A DNA stretch of 64,000 nt from Microgenomates group bacterium ADurb.Bin219 (GTDB lineage Bacteria > Patescibacteriota > Microgenomatia > UM-FILTER-40-11). The translations under genes and the position numbers were made by a program. Below, piece after piece: positions 41,317-51,900 of this stretch. The stretch lies in the NCBI GenBank assembly GCA_002069945.1, contig MWCH01000003.1, positions 3,040 through 67,039 of the forward strand, in the 5' to 3' direction. Every line of letters begins with the position of its first letter. Positions within the stretch are counted from its first letter, which is position 1. A model generated the notes under the pieces. The model was not told the origin of the DNA. It did not search any database and worked only from the letters and a program-made list of their open reading frames with translations.

Positions 41317-41610
41317 TTATTCCTTGGTTAATAAAAATCGGATGATTTTCTCTTCCAATTTAGTTTTTTTCTCCAAAATCTTCGGCAAATCGGATTCCGC
41401 CTCAAAAGAAAACCAACAAAAAAGCCCGCTCCGTTGTTTTTTAATCGGATAGGCCAATTCTTTTTTACCCCAATCTTCCTCTTTGAGGATTTTTCCTTTT
41501 TCGGTGATGGTTTTTTTAAGTCCGGTAAGTAGTTTTTCTTTCTCCTCGGCTTTTATCTCCGGCTCGAAGACTACTACCAATTCGTAATTACTCTTCATCT
41601 TTAGTTTCAA
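41317..41610 (-). CDS. rpsF: 30S ribosomal protein S6
   Basis: YELVVVFEPE N-terminus, upstream of ssb. Confidence 0.8.
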   Translation of the reverse strand: MKLKMKSNYELVVVFEPEIKAEEKEKLLTGLKKTITEKGKILKEEDWGKKELAYPIKKQRSGLFCWFSFEAESDLPKILEKKTKLEEKIIRFLLTKE

Positions 41611-41757
41611 AAATTATTTTTTTATTCTTACATAAAGACAGTATTACTGTTCATCTTCCATACCCGAATTCTAGAAAAAATCGGCAAAAAAGTCAACTGG
41701 CAACACTCCATACCAAAGTTAAAAGTTAAAAGTAAAAGCTCTCTACCCCCTCTTGCT

Positions 41758-42831
41758 CTATAAATTAAACTTAAATTCCACCACGTCCCCTTCTTTCATC
41801 AAATATCCTTTCCCTTCAAGTCTTACTTTACCGGCGTCACCGGCTCCTTTCCATCCACTATATTTAACAAAATCATTATAAGAACAAACCTGGGCTTTGA
41901 TAAAACCTTTCTCAAAGTCGGTATGGATTACTCCGGCGGCCTGAGGAGCCGTATCGCCCTGATGGATAGTCCAGGCCCGGACTTCTTTTTCGCCGGCAGT
42001 CAAAAAAGTCTGAAGCCCCAAAACCCCGTAGCCTTTTTTAATCAATTTTTCCAAACCGCTTTCCCTTAGCCCCAATTCCTTTAAATAATTTTTTCTCTCC
42101 TCCGGATTTAATTCGGCCAATTCCATCTCGATTTTGGCGCAAATCGGAATAATTTCTTCCGTAAAACCGAATTTTTGTTTCATTTTCTCCGGCTCGGCTA
42201 TTATCTCTTCCTCGTCTATGTTTAAAACAAACAAAGCCGGCTTGGCTGTCAGTAAAAATAATGTGTTAATAATTTTTTGCTCATCTTCATCCCATTTTTC
42301 CTTTCTTACTTCTATCCCCTGTTCCAAAATTTTTCTTAATTTTAAAATTGTTTCCCATCTTTTAATATCATCTTTAGTCGCCACCGAGGGATTAACCGGC
42401 TGCTGTTTTTCCAAAGTTTGCAGATCCGCCAAACAAAGCTCGGTCTTAACGATTTCAAAATCAGCCAGAGGATTAACTTCGCTTTCCCGAGCCACATTTG
42501 GATCTTTAAACGCCCTTAAAACATGAACGATTGCCTGACATTCGCGAATATTGGCCAAAAATTTGTTGCCCAAGCCTTCGCCTTTGGAAGCGCCGGCCAC
42601 CAAACCGGCAATATCTTTAAATTCTACAATGGCCGGAACAAGTTTTTCTGTATTTACAATCTTGGCCAATATCGCCAATCGTTCATCCGGCACTTCCACC
42701 ACACCAATATTCGGCTCAATTGTACAAAAAGGATAAGGGGCGCAATTGGCTATCTGCCTTGAAAGCAAGGCATTAAACAAAGTGCTTTTCCCGGCATTAG
42801 GAAGACCAACGATTCCGACTGATAAAGACAT
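41758..42831 (-). CDS. ychF: Ribosome-binding ATPase YchF
   Basis: [18 protein letters not shown]1 motif and a C-terminal TGS domain. Confidence 0.9.
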   Translation of the reverse strand: MSLSVGIVGLPNAGKSTLFNALLSRQIANCAPYPFCTIEPNIGVVEVPDERLAILAKIVNTEKLVPAIVEFKDIAGLVAGASKGEGLGNKFLANIRECQAIVHVLRAFKDPNVARESEVNPLADFEIVKTELCLADLQTLEKQQPVNPSVATKDDIKRWETILKLRKILEQGIEVRKEKWDEDEQKIINTLFLLTAKPALFVLNIDEEEIIAEPEKMKQKFGFTEEIIPICAKIEMELAELNPEERKNYLKELGLRESGLEKLIKKGYGVLGLQTFLTAGEKEVRAWTIHQGDTAPQAAGVIHTDFEKGFIKAQVCSYNDFVKYSGWKGAGDAGKVRLEGKGYLMKEGDVVEFKFNL

Positions 42832-42874
42832 AGTGAAGTTATTTTAACTCTTGGTTACTTAAATTTACAGTCTC

Positions 42875-43519
42875 TTATATGTTCCGCAAAAACTCCAAAT
42901 TATTTTGAAGACAAAGTTGGTGGATCTCGCCCACATCTGACCAATCACTGCTTAAGATATAATCAAGCCTGTTATTGTCAAACAACCGGCTGACTCTAAA
43001 ACTTGTAGAAAAAACATTTAATTTGGGAATAATCGGAACGGGTTCAGTCTGTCGACGCATTATTTGTATTGGATTTGGCTTGCCTTGGCTAATTTCTTCC
43101 TGCAAGTTCGGATCATCTTCTGTGGCAAAGCAATAGTGAGCCCCGGTCTGATCAAAAAGCGCCTGGTAATGGTCTTTTCCCGACACTTTCGGATTTCTTA
43201 AAAGAGCAACCGTTACGACATCGATCCCCCAATGTGCCCACATTGAAAGCCTGACCGGTCTGGACAGTAGGTGAAAATGTGCACATTGCTCCTATTAAAT
43301 ATTTTCGCAATGGGCGCCAACGGTTATGTCTCCCCGAAAATTTACTCTTGCTGCGACTCTTTCACCGTCAATACTGCAAATTGCGTGGCCATAGGTAGGA
43401 AGTTTTTGCTCCCTTCTTTTATTAACCTCATCCATCAATTGTCTGATTGAAATAAACTCGTCTCCGTAAGCAAACGATTCGGGAAGACCTCGCTTGCCTT
43501 TTTCAATAGTTGGTACCAT
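42875..43519 (-). pseudogene. Probable disrupted gene: two ORFs in the same frame separated by tandem TAA TAG stops at 43292-43297. The C-terminal part carries RLDYILSSDWSD, which resembles the endonuclease/exonuclease/phosphatase-family C-terminal motif.
   Basis: The 74-aa and 122-aa ORFs are in one frame. The residue context (...GAHCENI**EQCAHFH...) continues across the stops. Local GC and codon usage differ from neighbours. Confidence 0.35.
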
Positions 43520-43568
43520 CCTCTATATTTTATATCTATTGTACAAGCACTAGTTTAAAGTAATTAAT

Positions 43569-45410
43569 TTACTTGTCTTTGTATCCCTTTGCCTGGATTC
43601 GGTAAAGCTTGGCGTAAGAGCCGCCTTTTTTCAATAATTCCGCGTGGGAGCCAACTTCAATGATCTTTCCCTTATCAATGACGCAAATTTTTTCCGCAAT
43701 CTTAACCGTGGAAAACCGGTGGGAAATCAATAAAAGCGATTTTTCTTCGGCTATTTTTTCAATCTGGCCGTATAATTTTGCTTCCGCTTCCGCGTCCGAA
43801 GCCGAAGTCGGTTCATCAAGAATCATTAAAGGTGCATCGGCCATAAAAGCCCTGGCTAACGCCAGCCTTTGCAATTGGCCAATGGAAAGATTAATTCCTC
43901 CTTCAAACTGTTTGCCGATCAGCTGATTGTATTTTTTCGGTAATTTTTCAATAAATTCACGGGCACCCGCTTTTTGCGCTGCCGCTTCAATTTTTTTGTG
44001 GTTATTTATCTCTTCAAGGCGGCCAAAACCGATATTTTCTCCGGCGGAAAAGTTGTAGTAAGAAAAATCCTGAAAAACCACGCCGATTTTCTTGCGGTAT
44101 TCTTCCAAATCAAGCAATTTCAAATCCTGTCCGTTGACCAAAATCCGACCGTCGGTCGGCTCGTAAAAACCGCAAAGTAATTTGACCAAAGTTGTTTTCC
44201 CGGCCCCGTTTTTTCCCACCAGAGCCAAGCTTTCTCCCGGACGGATTTCCAAATTGATATTTTTCAAAACATATTCTTTTGAGCCCGGATATTGAAAAGA
44301 CAGATTTTCAATTTTTATTTCCAAATTGTTTCCGGCAGTAATCTTTCCCCCGGATTTCTCAAAAAACGACTCACTTAAATTTAAAAACTCAAACAAATCG
44401 TTTAAGTACAAATTTTCTTCATAAAGGGCGGATAAGTTCCGAAAAATTCTTCTGATTGAACGTTCGGACCTGGTATAGGCGCTATTGTAAAAATTAAAAC
44501 TTCCCAAGCTGATGGCGCCAAAAATCGCTTTATAGGCAATATAGGCAAAAGCTATAAAGGAAGAACCCTGAGAAAGAATCTGCAAAGGAACTCTTTTGTG
44601 GGATTCCCTAAGCCAGACGCGCGCGTTTTCCCTGTTGAACTTTTCGCTGGTTTCTTCATAAAGTTTTTGAAAATGACGGTGCAAACCGAAAATCCGCAAT
44701 TCTTTGGTATTAAATTCTGAAAAAAGCATGGAAGAAAGATAGTTGATCAATCTACTTTCCGGAACCCGGCTGTCGGTAATTAGATATTTTTTATGGGCGA
44801 AAAAGGAATTAAAAACAAAAAGCGGCAACACCCCGATTAAAATCAAAACCAAAATCAAGGGTTGGAAAAAAGCCAAAATTACCAAAAAAGAAACGGCGGA
44901 AATAAATTCACCGAAAGTTTCCGTAATCGAATAAAAAACCCGGATCACCCTGCCCTGGGAACTGCGCCGAACCTTTTCATACCGATCGTAAAAAGCCGGA
45001 TCTTCAAAATATTTAATCTGAAGACGGTTAGCAATACGGTGTAGCCGGTAATTAATTCCGTTTATAAGCTTTTCCGTTAATAAGCCTTCTACCAAGTTCG
45101 CATAATTTCCCAAAACCGAAATGATCGTGCTGATGGAAAAATTAAGAAAAACATACAGGGTGAGATTCCTTAGCGCCTGCTGCGGCTCAATATTTTTGTT
45201 GATAAGCGCCACCACGTTATCAATCATTAATTTAAATAAATATACCGAGGTAAGCGATTCTATTTGCGAAAGCAATTGAAAGCCAAAACTGGTCAGAGTT
45301 AGTTTCTTGTCAATCGCCCAAAGTAAACTAACTGTTCTTTTGAGATTAAGAAGCAAACGGCGGAGAGTTTGCTTAGATTTTGCGAAGGTAATCCTTTTTA
45401 AATTTAGCAT
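43569..45410 (-). CDS. ABC exporter, fused TMD-NBD (MsbA/bacteriocin-exporter type)
   Basis: 6 TM N-terminal domain. GKNGAGKTT Walker A, LSIGQLQR signature, ILDEPTSASD Walker B. Confidence 0.85.
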   Translation of the reverse strand: MLNLKRITFAKSKQTLRRLLLNLKRTVSLLWAIDKKLTLTSFGFQLLSQIESLTSVYLFKLMIDNVVALINKNIEPQQALRNLTLYVFLNFSISTIISVLGNYANLVEGLLTEKLINGINYRLHRIANRLQIKYFEDPAFYDRYEKVRRSSQGRVIRVFYSITETFGEFISAVSFLVILAFFQPLILVLILIGVLPLFVFNSFFAHKKYLITDSRVPESRLINYLSSMLFSEFNTKELRIFGLHRHFQKLYEETSEKFNRENARVWLRESHKRVPLQILSQGSSFIAFAYIAYKAIFGAISLGSFNFYNSAYTRSERSIRRIFRNLSALYEENLYLNDLFEFLNLSESFFEKSGGKITAGNNLEIKIENLSFQYPGSKEYVLKNINLEIRPGESLALVGKNGAGKTTLVKLLCGFYEPTDGRILVNGQDLKLLDLEEYRKKIGVVFQDFSYYNFSAGENIGFGRLEEINNHKKIEAAAQKAGAREFIEKLPKKYNQLIGKQFEGGINLSIGQLQRLALARAFMADAPLMILDEPTSASDAEAEAKLYGQIEKIAEEKSLLLISHRFSTVKIAEKICVIDKGKIIEVGSHAELLKKGGSYAKLYRIQAKGYKDK

Positions 45411-45434
45411 AAAATTATTTTTTCTCCGATAAAA

Positions 45435-46133
45435 CTATTTAGCGAGATATTTTTTTCTTTTGGCTTCGGGAAATTTCTCAATAGCGTAGCGCAACATTGT
45501 CCGGGGCATTCCGGAAACATATTTCTGTAAAAACTTTTCTTCAGTTTTTAAATCTCTTTTGCCAACCTCTCTTAGCATCCAACCAACAGCCTTATGAATT
45601 AAATCCTGCTTATCGTTAAGTAAAATCTCGGCAATTTTTAAAGTGTCCTTAAATTGATTTTTATCAATAAAACCGGCCGTCGCCATAATGCTGATTCTTC
45701 TTTCCCAAAGATTTCCGGAAACGGCAAATTCATATAAGATTGACTTGTCTTTGTCAAAAAGATAATCGCCGAGGATTTTCGGCGCCGTCGTATCCACCAA
45801 ATCCCAATTATTAAACTTCCGGGCGTTTTTTAAATAAAACCGGGCCAGTTTTTCTTTCTCTTTTTGGCCGGCTTTCTTATATTGGGAATTTAAAATCATA
45901 CAAGCCGACCAACGACATTCGTGAATTTTTTGTTCAAGCAGTTTTTGAATATCCTCAAGAGAAAGTTGTAAATAATTTTTTGTTACCGATTGGGTCTGAG
46001 GAACCGTTAAGCCCCAAAAAACGTCGCCCTCGCCATACTCACCCTTGCCTGTTTTAAAAAACCTTTGAAATATTTTCGCCTTCCCGGGATTTTTTAACTT
46101 TTCCAGATCTTTAACTAATTCGCGATAGCCCAT
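45435..46133 (-). CDS. DNA alkylation repair protein (AlkD/HEAT-like repeat family)
   Basis: About 232 aa, all-alpha pattern resembling AlkC/AlkD glycosylases. The call is moderate. Confidence 0.6.
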   Translation of the reverse strand: MGYRELVKDLEKLKNPGKAKIFQRFFKTGKGEYGEGDVFWGLTVPQTQSVTKNYLQLSLEDIQKLLEQKIHECRWSACMILNSQYKKAGQKEKEKLARFYLKNARKFNNWDLVDTTAPKILGDYLFDKDKSILYEFAVSGNLWERRISIMATAGFIDKNQFKDTLKIAEILLNDKQDLIHKAVGWMLREVGKRDLKTEEKFLQKYVSGMPRTMLRYAIEKFPEAKRKKYLAK

Positions 46134-46134
46134 A

Positions 46135-46788
46135 TCAAAAAATTACTTTTAATCTGGCCTCCTTAAGAAGAACCCGAGTTCCGTTGGCGGATCTTAACTG
46201 GACCGAATATTTATTATTCCCCCGCCAAATGACAATTCCGGAAGACTCAATCAACGTATAAGCGTCATTTTTTGTTTCCAGTTCCGAGTAATCAACCCCC
46301 CTTTTGTTGGTTTGGTCATAAAGACGAGCCTCAACTTTGGCCGAACCATGAAGGGCTTGCAAACTGGCGATAAACCTGACTTCTTTTGCTCCGGGATAAT
46401 CGGCTAAATTAAAATAAAAATCGGAGGCGGCAATATCGGTCCAATTTGTTTCCGTGGTTGTTCCTTCAGCAATAAGAGGAAGATAGGTTACTTTTGTCGA
46501 AGCAACCGGATTGCTGGCCGGTAATTGATTGACGACTTTCACCGGCTTTTGAGTCGGAATCTTCTCTCTTGCTTCGCTAACCTTTTGGTCAATTAACTGC
46601 CGACATTCCTCGCTGCAAGTCTCTGCTTGCCCCTCCATAGTCCCAAGCGAAGTCGAGGGACGAAGGGGGGTTTCTTTTTCGGGCTCCTCTTTCCGGTGAT
46701 TAATAATCCACCAGTCCAAAAATCCAATATTGACGGCGATTAAAATCAAAAATAAAACCAAAAATATTTTAGGAAGTTTTTCCTTCAT
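46135..46788 (-). CDS. Membrane-anchored protein of unknown function
   Basis: N-terminal TM; no motif recognised. Confidence 0.4.
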   Translation of the reverse strand: MKEKLPKIFLVLFLILIAVNIGFLDWWIINHRKEEPEKETPLRPSTSLGTMEGQAETCSEECRQLIDQKVSEAREKIPTQKPVKVVNQLPASNPVASTKVTYLPLIAEGTTTETNWTDIAASDFYFNLADYPGAKEVRFIASLQALHGSAKVEARLYDQTNKRGVDYSELETKNDAYTLIESSGIVIWRGNNKYSVQLRSANGTRVLLKEARLKVIF

Positions 46789-48194
46789 TGCCTTTTAACT
46801 TTCAACTTTGAGCCTTCGCCGGTATCTTCAATCCAATAACCTTTTTCTTCAATTTGTTTCCTGACCTTGTCTGCCTCCGCCCATTTCCCTTCTTTTCTTA
46901 ATAGTTCTCTTTTCCCAATCAATTCTTTTATCTCACTTCCGACTCCAACTTCCCGACTCACTTCCCATTTCTCGCTTCCTACTTCCCCCAGCTTCAATCC
47001 CAAAATCCGGTCCCAATCAAGCAACAAAGACAATTTTTGCTTATCGCTAAGGTTGCTTTTTGTCATCTCCCAAACAACCGCCAAAGCTTCCGGTAAATTC
47101 AAATCATCCTCCAGGGCGGCTATAAAATTCTTTTGCCAAATATTATCGGGTTCGTCTTTCCGGTCATCTTTATTTCGCTTTAAGCCAGCCACTATCTCGT
47201 AAAGTCTGGATAAAGATTTTTCCGCTGCCCTTAAAACTTCAAAGTCAAAATTAAGCCCTTTGCGGTAATGGGAAGTCAAAATCAAATATCTTAAAGCCAA
47301 GGGGTTTATTCCCTTGGCCAACAAGTCCTGAACCGTCACAAAGTTGCCCTTGCTCTTGCTCATTTTTTCGCCACCTTTGCCCTTTAGCCAATCGTTATGA
47401 ACCCAGCAATTGGCCGTTTGCCGGCCGAAAGCGCCATAGGCTTGGGCAATCTCGTTGGTGTGATGAACCGGTACGTGCTCTTTGCCGCCGGTATGGATAT
47501 CAAACTGGTTCCCCAAATTTTTGACTGACATTGCCGTGCATTCAATGTGCCAACCCGGAAATCCCTTGCCCCAGGGAGAATCCCACTGCATAACATGGTT
47601 GGGTTGGTTAGTTACCCAAAGTAAGAAGTCCCAGGGATTTTTCTTTTCCGGATCAACTTCCACCCGACTACCCGCGTTTTGTTGATCAAGATTCAATTTG
47701 GCAAATTTGGCGTAGCCGGAAAACTTTGAAGTATCAAAAACCAAACCGGTTTGGGTTTTATAGGTAAAGCCGTTGGCCTCAATCTTTTTAATTAAATCAA
47801 TCTGGTCCGCGATATGCTCAGTTGCCCGGCATAAAACATCAGGTTTTTGGAGATTAAGAAGTTCCATGCTTTCAACAAATTGTTTAATGTATCTCTCGGC
47901 AATTTGCCAAACGCTGATCCCTTCCCGCTGGGCTCCTTTTTCCATTTTGTCTTCGCCGGCATCCTCATCCGAGGTCATATGACCGACGTCGGTAATATTC
48001 ATTACCCACTTAACCTGAAAACCCTGATATCTTAAAAATCTGACCAAAACATCCCATTGGGTATAAGCATACATATGACCAACGTGCTGGTTCCAATAAA
48101 CCGTCGGACCGCAAGAATAAATCCCTATTTGGCCTTCCTTAACGGGCTTTAATTCTTCAACTTTTCTGGTTAACGTGTTATATAGCTTTAGCAT
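46785..48194 (-). CDS. cysS: Cysteinyl-tRNA synthetase
   Basis: Class I HIGH-type (CGPTVYWNQHVGH) and KMSKS motifs. The C-terminal region carries a G/S/E-rich repeat insertion. Confidence 0.9.
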   Translation of the reverse strand: MLKLYNTLTRKVEELKPVKEGQIGIYSCGPTVYWNQHVGHMYAYTQWDVLVRFLRYQGFQVKWVMNITDVGHMTSDEDAGEDKMEKGAQREGISVWQIAERYIKQFVESMELLNLQKPDVLCRATEHIADQIDLIKKIEANGFTYKTQTGLVFDTSKFSGYAKFAKLNLDQQNAGSRVEVDPEKKNPWDFLLWVTNQPNHVMQWDSPWGKGFPGWHIECTAMSVKNLGNQFDIHTGGKEHVPVHHTNEIAQAYGAFGRQTANCWVHNDWLKGKGGEKMSKSKGNFVTVQDLLAKGINPLALRYLILTSHYRKGLNFDFEVLRAAEKSLSRLYEIVAGLKRNKDDRKDEPDNIWQKNFIAALEDDLNLPEALAVVWEMTKSNLSDKQKLSLLLDWDRILGLKLGEVGSEKWEVSREVGVGSEIKELIGKRELLRKEGKWAEADKVRKQIEEKGYWIEDTGEGSKLKVKRQ

Positions 48195-48903
48195 GAACAG
48201 GCGTTTTAGCAGCGATTAAATCAACTTGATGATACCATTCCCGGCGCAATAAGAGCAACACCAGCCAATACGGCAAAGGATAATTCCGGCCGACTTTTTG
48301 GCTCCGATGGGCCTTGGCGGCCCGATATTTTCTAAACCAATACCAACCGAAATTCAAAACATGAGTCGGTTGGCTGAATTTTTTTAAGATATGGGCGGTT
48401 AAATAATTTTTTGGCAGACTGACCCACAAAAGCAGAGGAATTTTTTGGCCTTCCTTTAGTTTTTTTAACAAGATTTTTTTGACAATTAAGCAAGAAGCAA
48501 TATGGTCCGGGTGCCCGGAAATACCCGTGCGATCATAAGTCACTACAATTCCCGGCCGGTACTTATCAAAAAGTTTTTCTATTTCTATCTCTGTCTCTGT
48601 CTTCTTTTCTTTTAGCTTTCTGTCACCCAAATCCAACATTACCAAATCGCTTATTTTCAAATAACCGGCTGCCTTCCGTAATTCTTTTTCTCTCGCCCTG
48701 GCAAGAGGCTCTTTAATTCCCTTGACAAAAATTCTGCCGGCTTCGCCTTTGGTCAAAACGACGGCAACTGTTTGCCAACCCAAACGCCGCGCAACCAGCA
48801 ACAATCCGCCGGTCGCCAAAGTTTCATCGTCCGGATGAGGAAAAATCGTCATCAAGACCTTGTTGTCCGGCCAATTTTTAAGTAATTTGTTTAAACTTTC
48901 CAT
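48178..48903 (-). CDS. PIG-L/LmbE-family N-acetylglucosaminyl deacetylase
   Basis: IFPHPDDETLATGG N-terminal zinc-binding motif. Confidence 0.8.
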   Translation of the reverse strand: MESLNKLLKNWPDNKVLMTIFPHPDDETLATGGLLLVARRLGWQTVAVVLTKGEAGRIFVKGIKEPLARAREKELRKAAGYLKISDLVMLDLGDRKLKEKKTETEIEIEKLFDKYRPGIVVTYDRTGISGHPDHIASCLIVKKILLKKLKEGQKIPLLLWVSLPKNYLTAHILKKFSQPTHVLNFGWYWFRKYRAAKAHRSQKVGRNYPLPYWLVLLLLRREWYHQVDLIAAKTPVHAKAI

Positions 48904-48958
48904 TTAATTCCGTTTAAAATACTTTGCCAAGAGTATTCCTAAATTATATAATTAATCC

Positions 48959-51900
48959 GTGTTTAAGAAAATATTTTCCCGGTTAAATTCATATGCCAAA
49001 TCGCGTTGGGGCCAAATTTTATTGGCGGGTGTTTTACTGACAATCATTTCCCTTAATCTCAAGCCCGGTTTTCTTATTTTAGGTAATGATAATTTTTCTC
49101 CCGAACTTGATCCGAAGCTTACTCTTTCCCGCTCTTTGGAATCTCCCGCCTGGAGAAGCTATCGCGTCTTGGGAATTCCTTCAGATAGCGAACAGGCTGA
49201 TTTTTTCCGAACCGCTATTTTTTTAATTCTAAGCAAATTTTTACCGATTTGGGTCATCTCTCAGGGGTATTTGTTTTTTACTTTTTTTATTGCCAGTTTT
49301 AGCTTGGGTTTTTTGGCAAAATATTTTAGCCAAAAAGCCGGTCAAAAAAACGAGCAGTTATTTTTTCTAGCCGGCGGCCTTTTTTATTTAACCAACCTCT
49401 TAACCAGTTGGCTCTATTTTTACCCTCTCCATTTATTTATTGCCGCCTATGCTTTTCTGCCTTTGGTTTGCTGGCGATTGGCCGAGTATTTTCAAAAGAA
49501 TTCTTTTAAAAATCGTTTTTATCTTTTAGTTTCTTCCCTTCTTCTTTCTACCTCGGCTCTAACCGCAACCATGTTTTTAGTTTGTCTCGGAGTAATTGTT
49601 GTTTTTAACATCATTTTCTTTTTTCAAAACCAAAAAAAAATTGCCTCCTTGTTTTTTGCTTTTTTGGTAACCGTTGTTCTCCAGGGTTTTTGGCTTTTTC
49701 CTTTTTTGACTTATGTCAAATCAAACAGCCGTGACTTGCAAATTTCCTCTATTAATCGGGAAATAACTTCGACGACAATTGAAAACGAAATCAAAAATAA
49801 CGATTGGAAAAACAGCTTACGCTATTATTCCTCCTGGCTGGAGACAAAAGAAAACGGCAAGGATTATACTTTTCCTTATCGCGACTGGTATCGCAACTCA
49901 AAAACCGCCAACTTTTTAAGTTTCCTGCCGCCGGTTCTCGCTGCCGCCGGCCTTCTTTTCTTGCTCGCCAACAAAAACTTCGTCGGAATGTTAATTGGCC
50001 TTATGTCTTTAATCGGTTGGTTTTTGATTAAAGGCATCAATCCTCCACTGGGAATAATCTCCGATTTCCTGAGTAAAAACATTCCTTTATTCGCCCAGGT
50101 TTTTCGCTGGCAAAGCTCAAAATTCTGGCCTTTTCTGGCAATGAGCCTTCCGATTTTAGGATGCTTTGGACTGATTTTCTTTTTAAAAATTATTAAAAAC
50201 AATCTTCTGAAAGTTTTGCTGGTTCTTTTTGTTTTTGGCGGAAGTTTATTTTTTGTTTTTCCCTACTTCAAAGGTCAACTTATCCGTTCTGACGTCTTCG
50301 TTAAGGTTCCCTCCCAGTACTATGGACTGGCCCGGTTTTTGAAGAAAAACGATCCGTTGTCGCGAATTTATCCGGCACCGGAAACCAACAGTCTTTACTT
50401 CCGGAATTATTGTTGGGGCTTCTGGGGGTCAACGGTTCTAAACTATTTGCTTCCCAATCCGATTGTGGAAAAGGCATTAATTATTGGCTCGGCCGAAAAC
50501 GAACAGGCTTTTGATTTGCTTCACTTTGGCTATTATTCCGAAAACCCGCTTCTTTTTGCCAGAATTTTAAAAATGTATAACAGCTCTTTGATCCTTGCGG
50601 ACGAAAACAACTGCGATGGAAATGTCGGTTACCGCTACGATTGGGAAATTAATAAAAAAATGGTTGACGAAAATCCCTATTTTGAAAAAATCTGGCAAGA
50701 AGATAAATTATCACTTTATAAAATTAAAGATGACTTCTTGAAAGCAAAAGATTTTGACCAAGTTGCCGCCAATCATAACTGGTTAACCCTAAATGCTCTT
50801 CTTGTTAATTCCGGGGAAAATCCCAATTATTTTTCCGGCGGAAAATTTCTTGGAAAGATATATCCTTTCGCTTTTAACTTTGATCGGGTCAAGGTGGAAA
50901 ACAAAAACATTTTTGCTTCCTTTACCTACCAAAATCAATCAACAACTTATAAAGGAAGCGTTTCCCGAAATCTGATTTACAATTCTCCATTAAGGATCGA
51001 GTATTTGTTGCCGGAAAACTCAATTGTTGTCAGTCCCGCTCTTTATCATTTGGTGGTTAATAACGAGGAAAAATTCTCTCCCAATCTACCGAAACTTACA
51101 GCCAAGTTGGAAAAAGATCAGGCTTTTTTAACTTTTGAGGAAAATGTCTTCAATCTCAAAGGCAACAAACAAACCGTTTTTGACGTGCCTTTCAAAATCG
51201 CTTCCTCCTCGGGATCATTTTTCCAATGGGGACCAAAAAGCAATCCCGTTTTTTTCCCGGACGAAAGTGAATTATTGATTGAAAATGATTCAATTATTGA
51301 AGTTTCCCTAGATTTTGTTTCTCCTGACAACCTTGGCGGCTCGTTGTGCATCTGGTCCAAAAATTATCAGGAATGCCTTAATAAAAATATCAATTTTAAA
51401 TTCCCCAAAGATCAAATTAAAACTTCGTTCTTTCTTCCCCGGGTAGTTGAAAAAGGTGATCACCTGAGCGTTTTTATTGAAGAAAAATCCGCCGGGCCAA
51501 AACTATCTGTCAAAGATTTAACTTTCATTATTTATCAAGATAAAAAACCTCTTAAGATTGAAGGATCGGCCGTTCCCGAAACTTTTCAGACATTTGATCT
51601 CCCCTTAAAAAAAGGTGATAATTTTGAACTGATTATTCCTTTGGCCGAAGGTCAAAATTCCTATTTGTTTAAACCGGATAAATACTTTTTTCCCAAAACC
51701 GATACGGCCACTTTTACGGAAAATATAAGCCGGACAGAAGCCCTCGTCCAAAAAAACCGCTCTCTTCTTTTAAAAGTTAAAGAAGCCAACGCCAGTGTCT
51801 ATCCCCGATTGGAGAGAATTGATCCGGCCGACAATTTTGCTTTGATTGCGTTTTCCGGCGAAAATTTGCAGGCAATTCCCTCAACTATTTCTCTTAGGAA

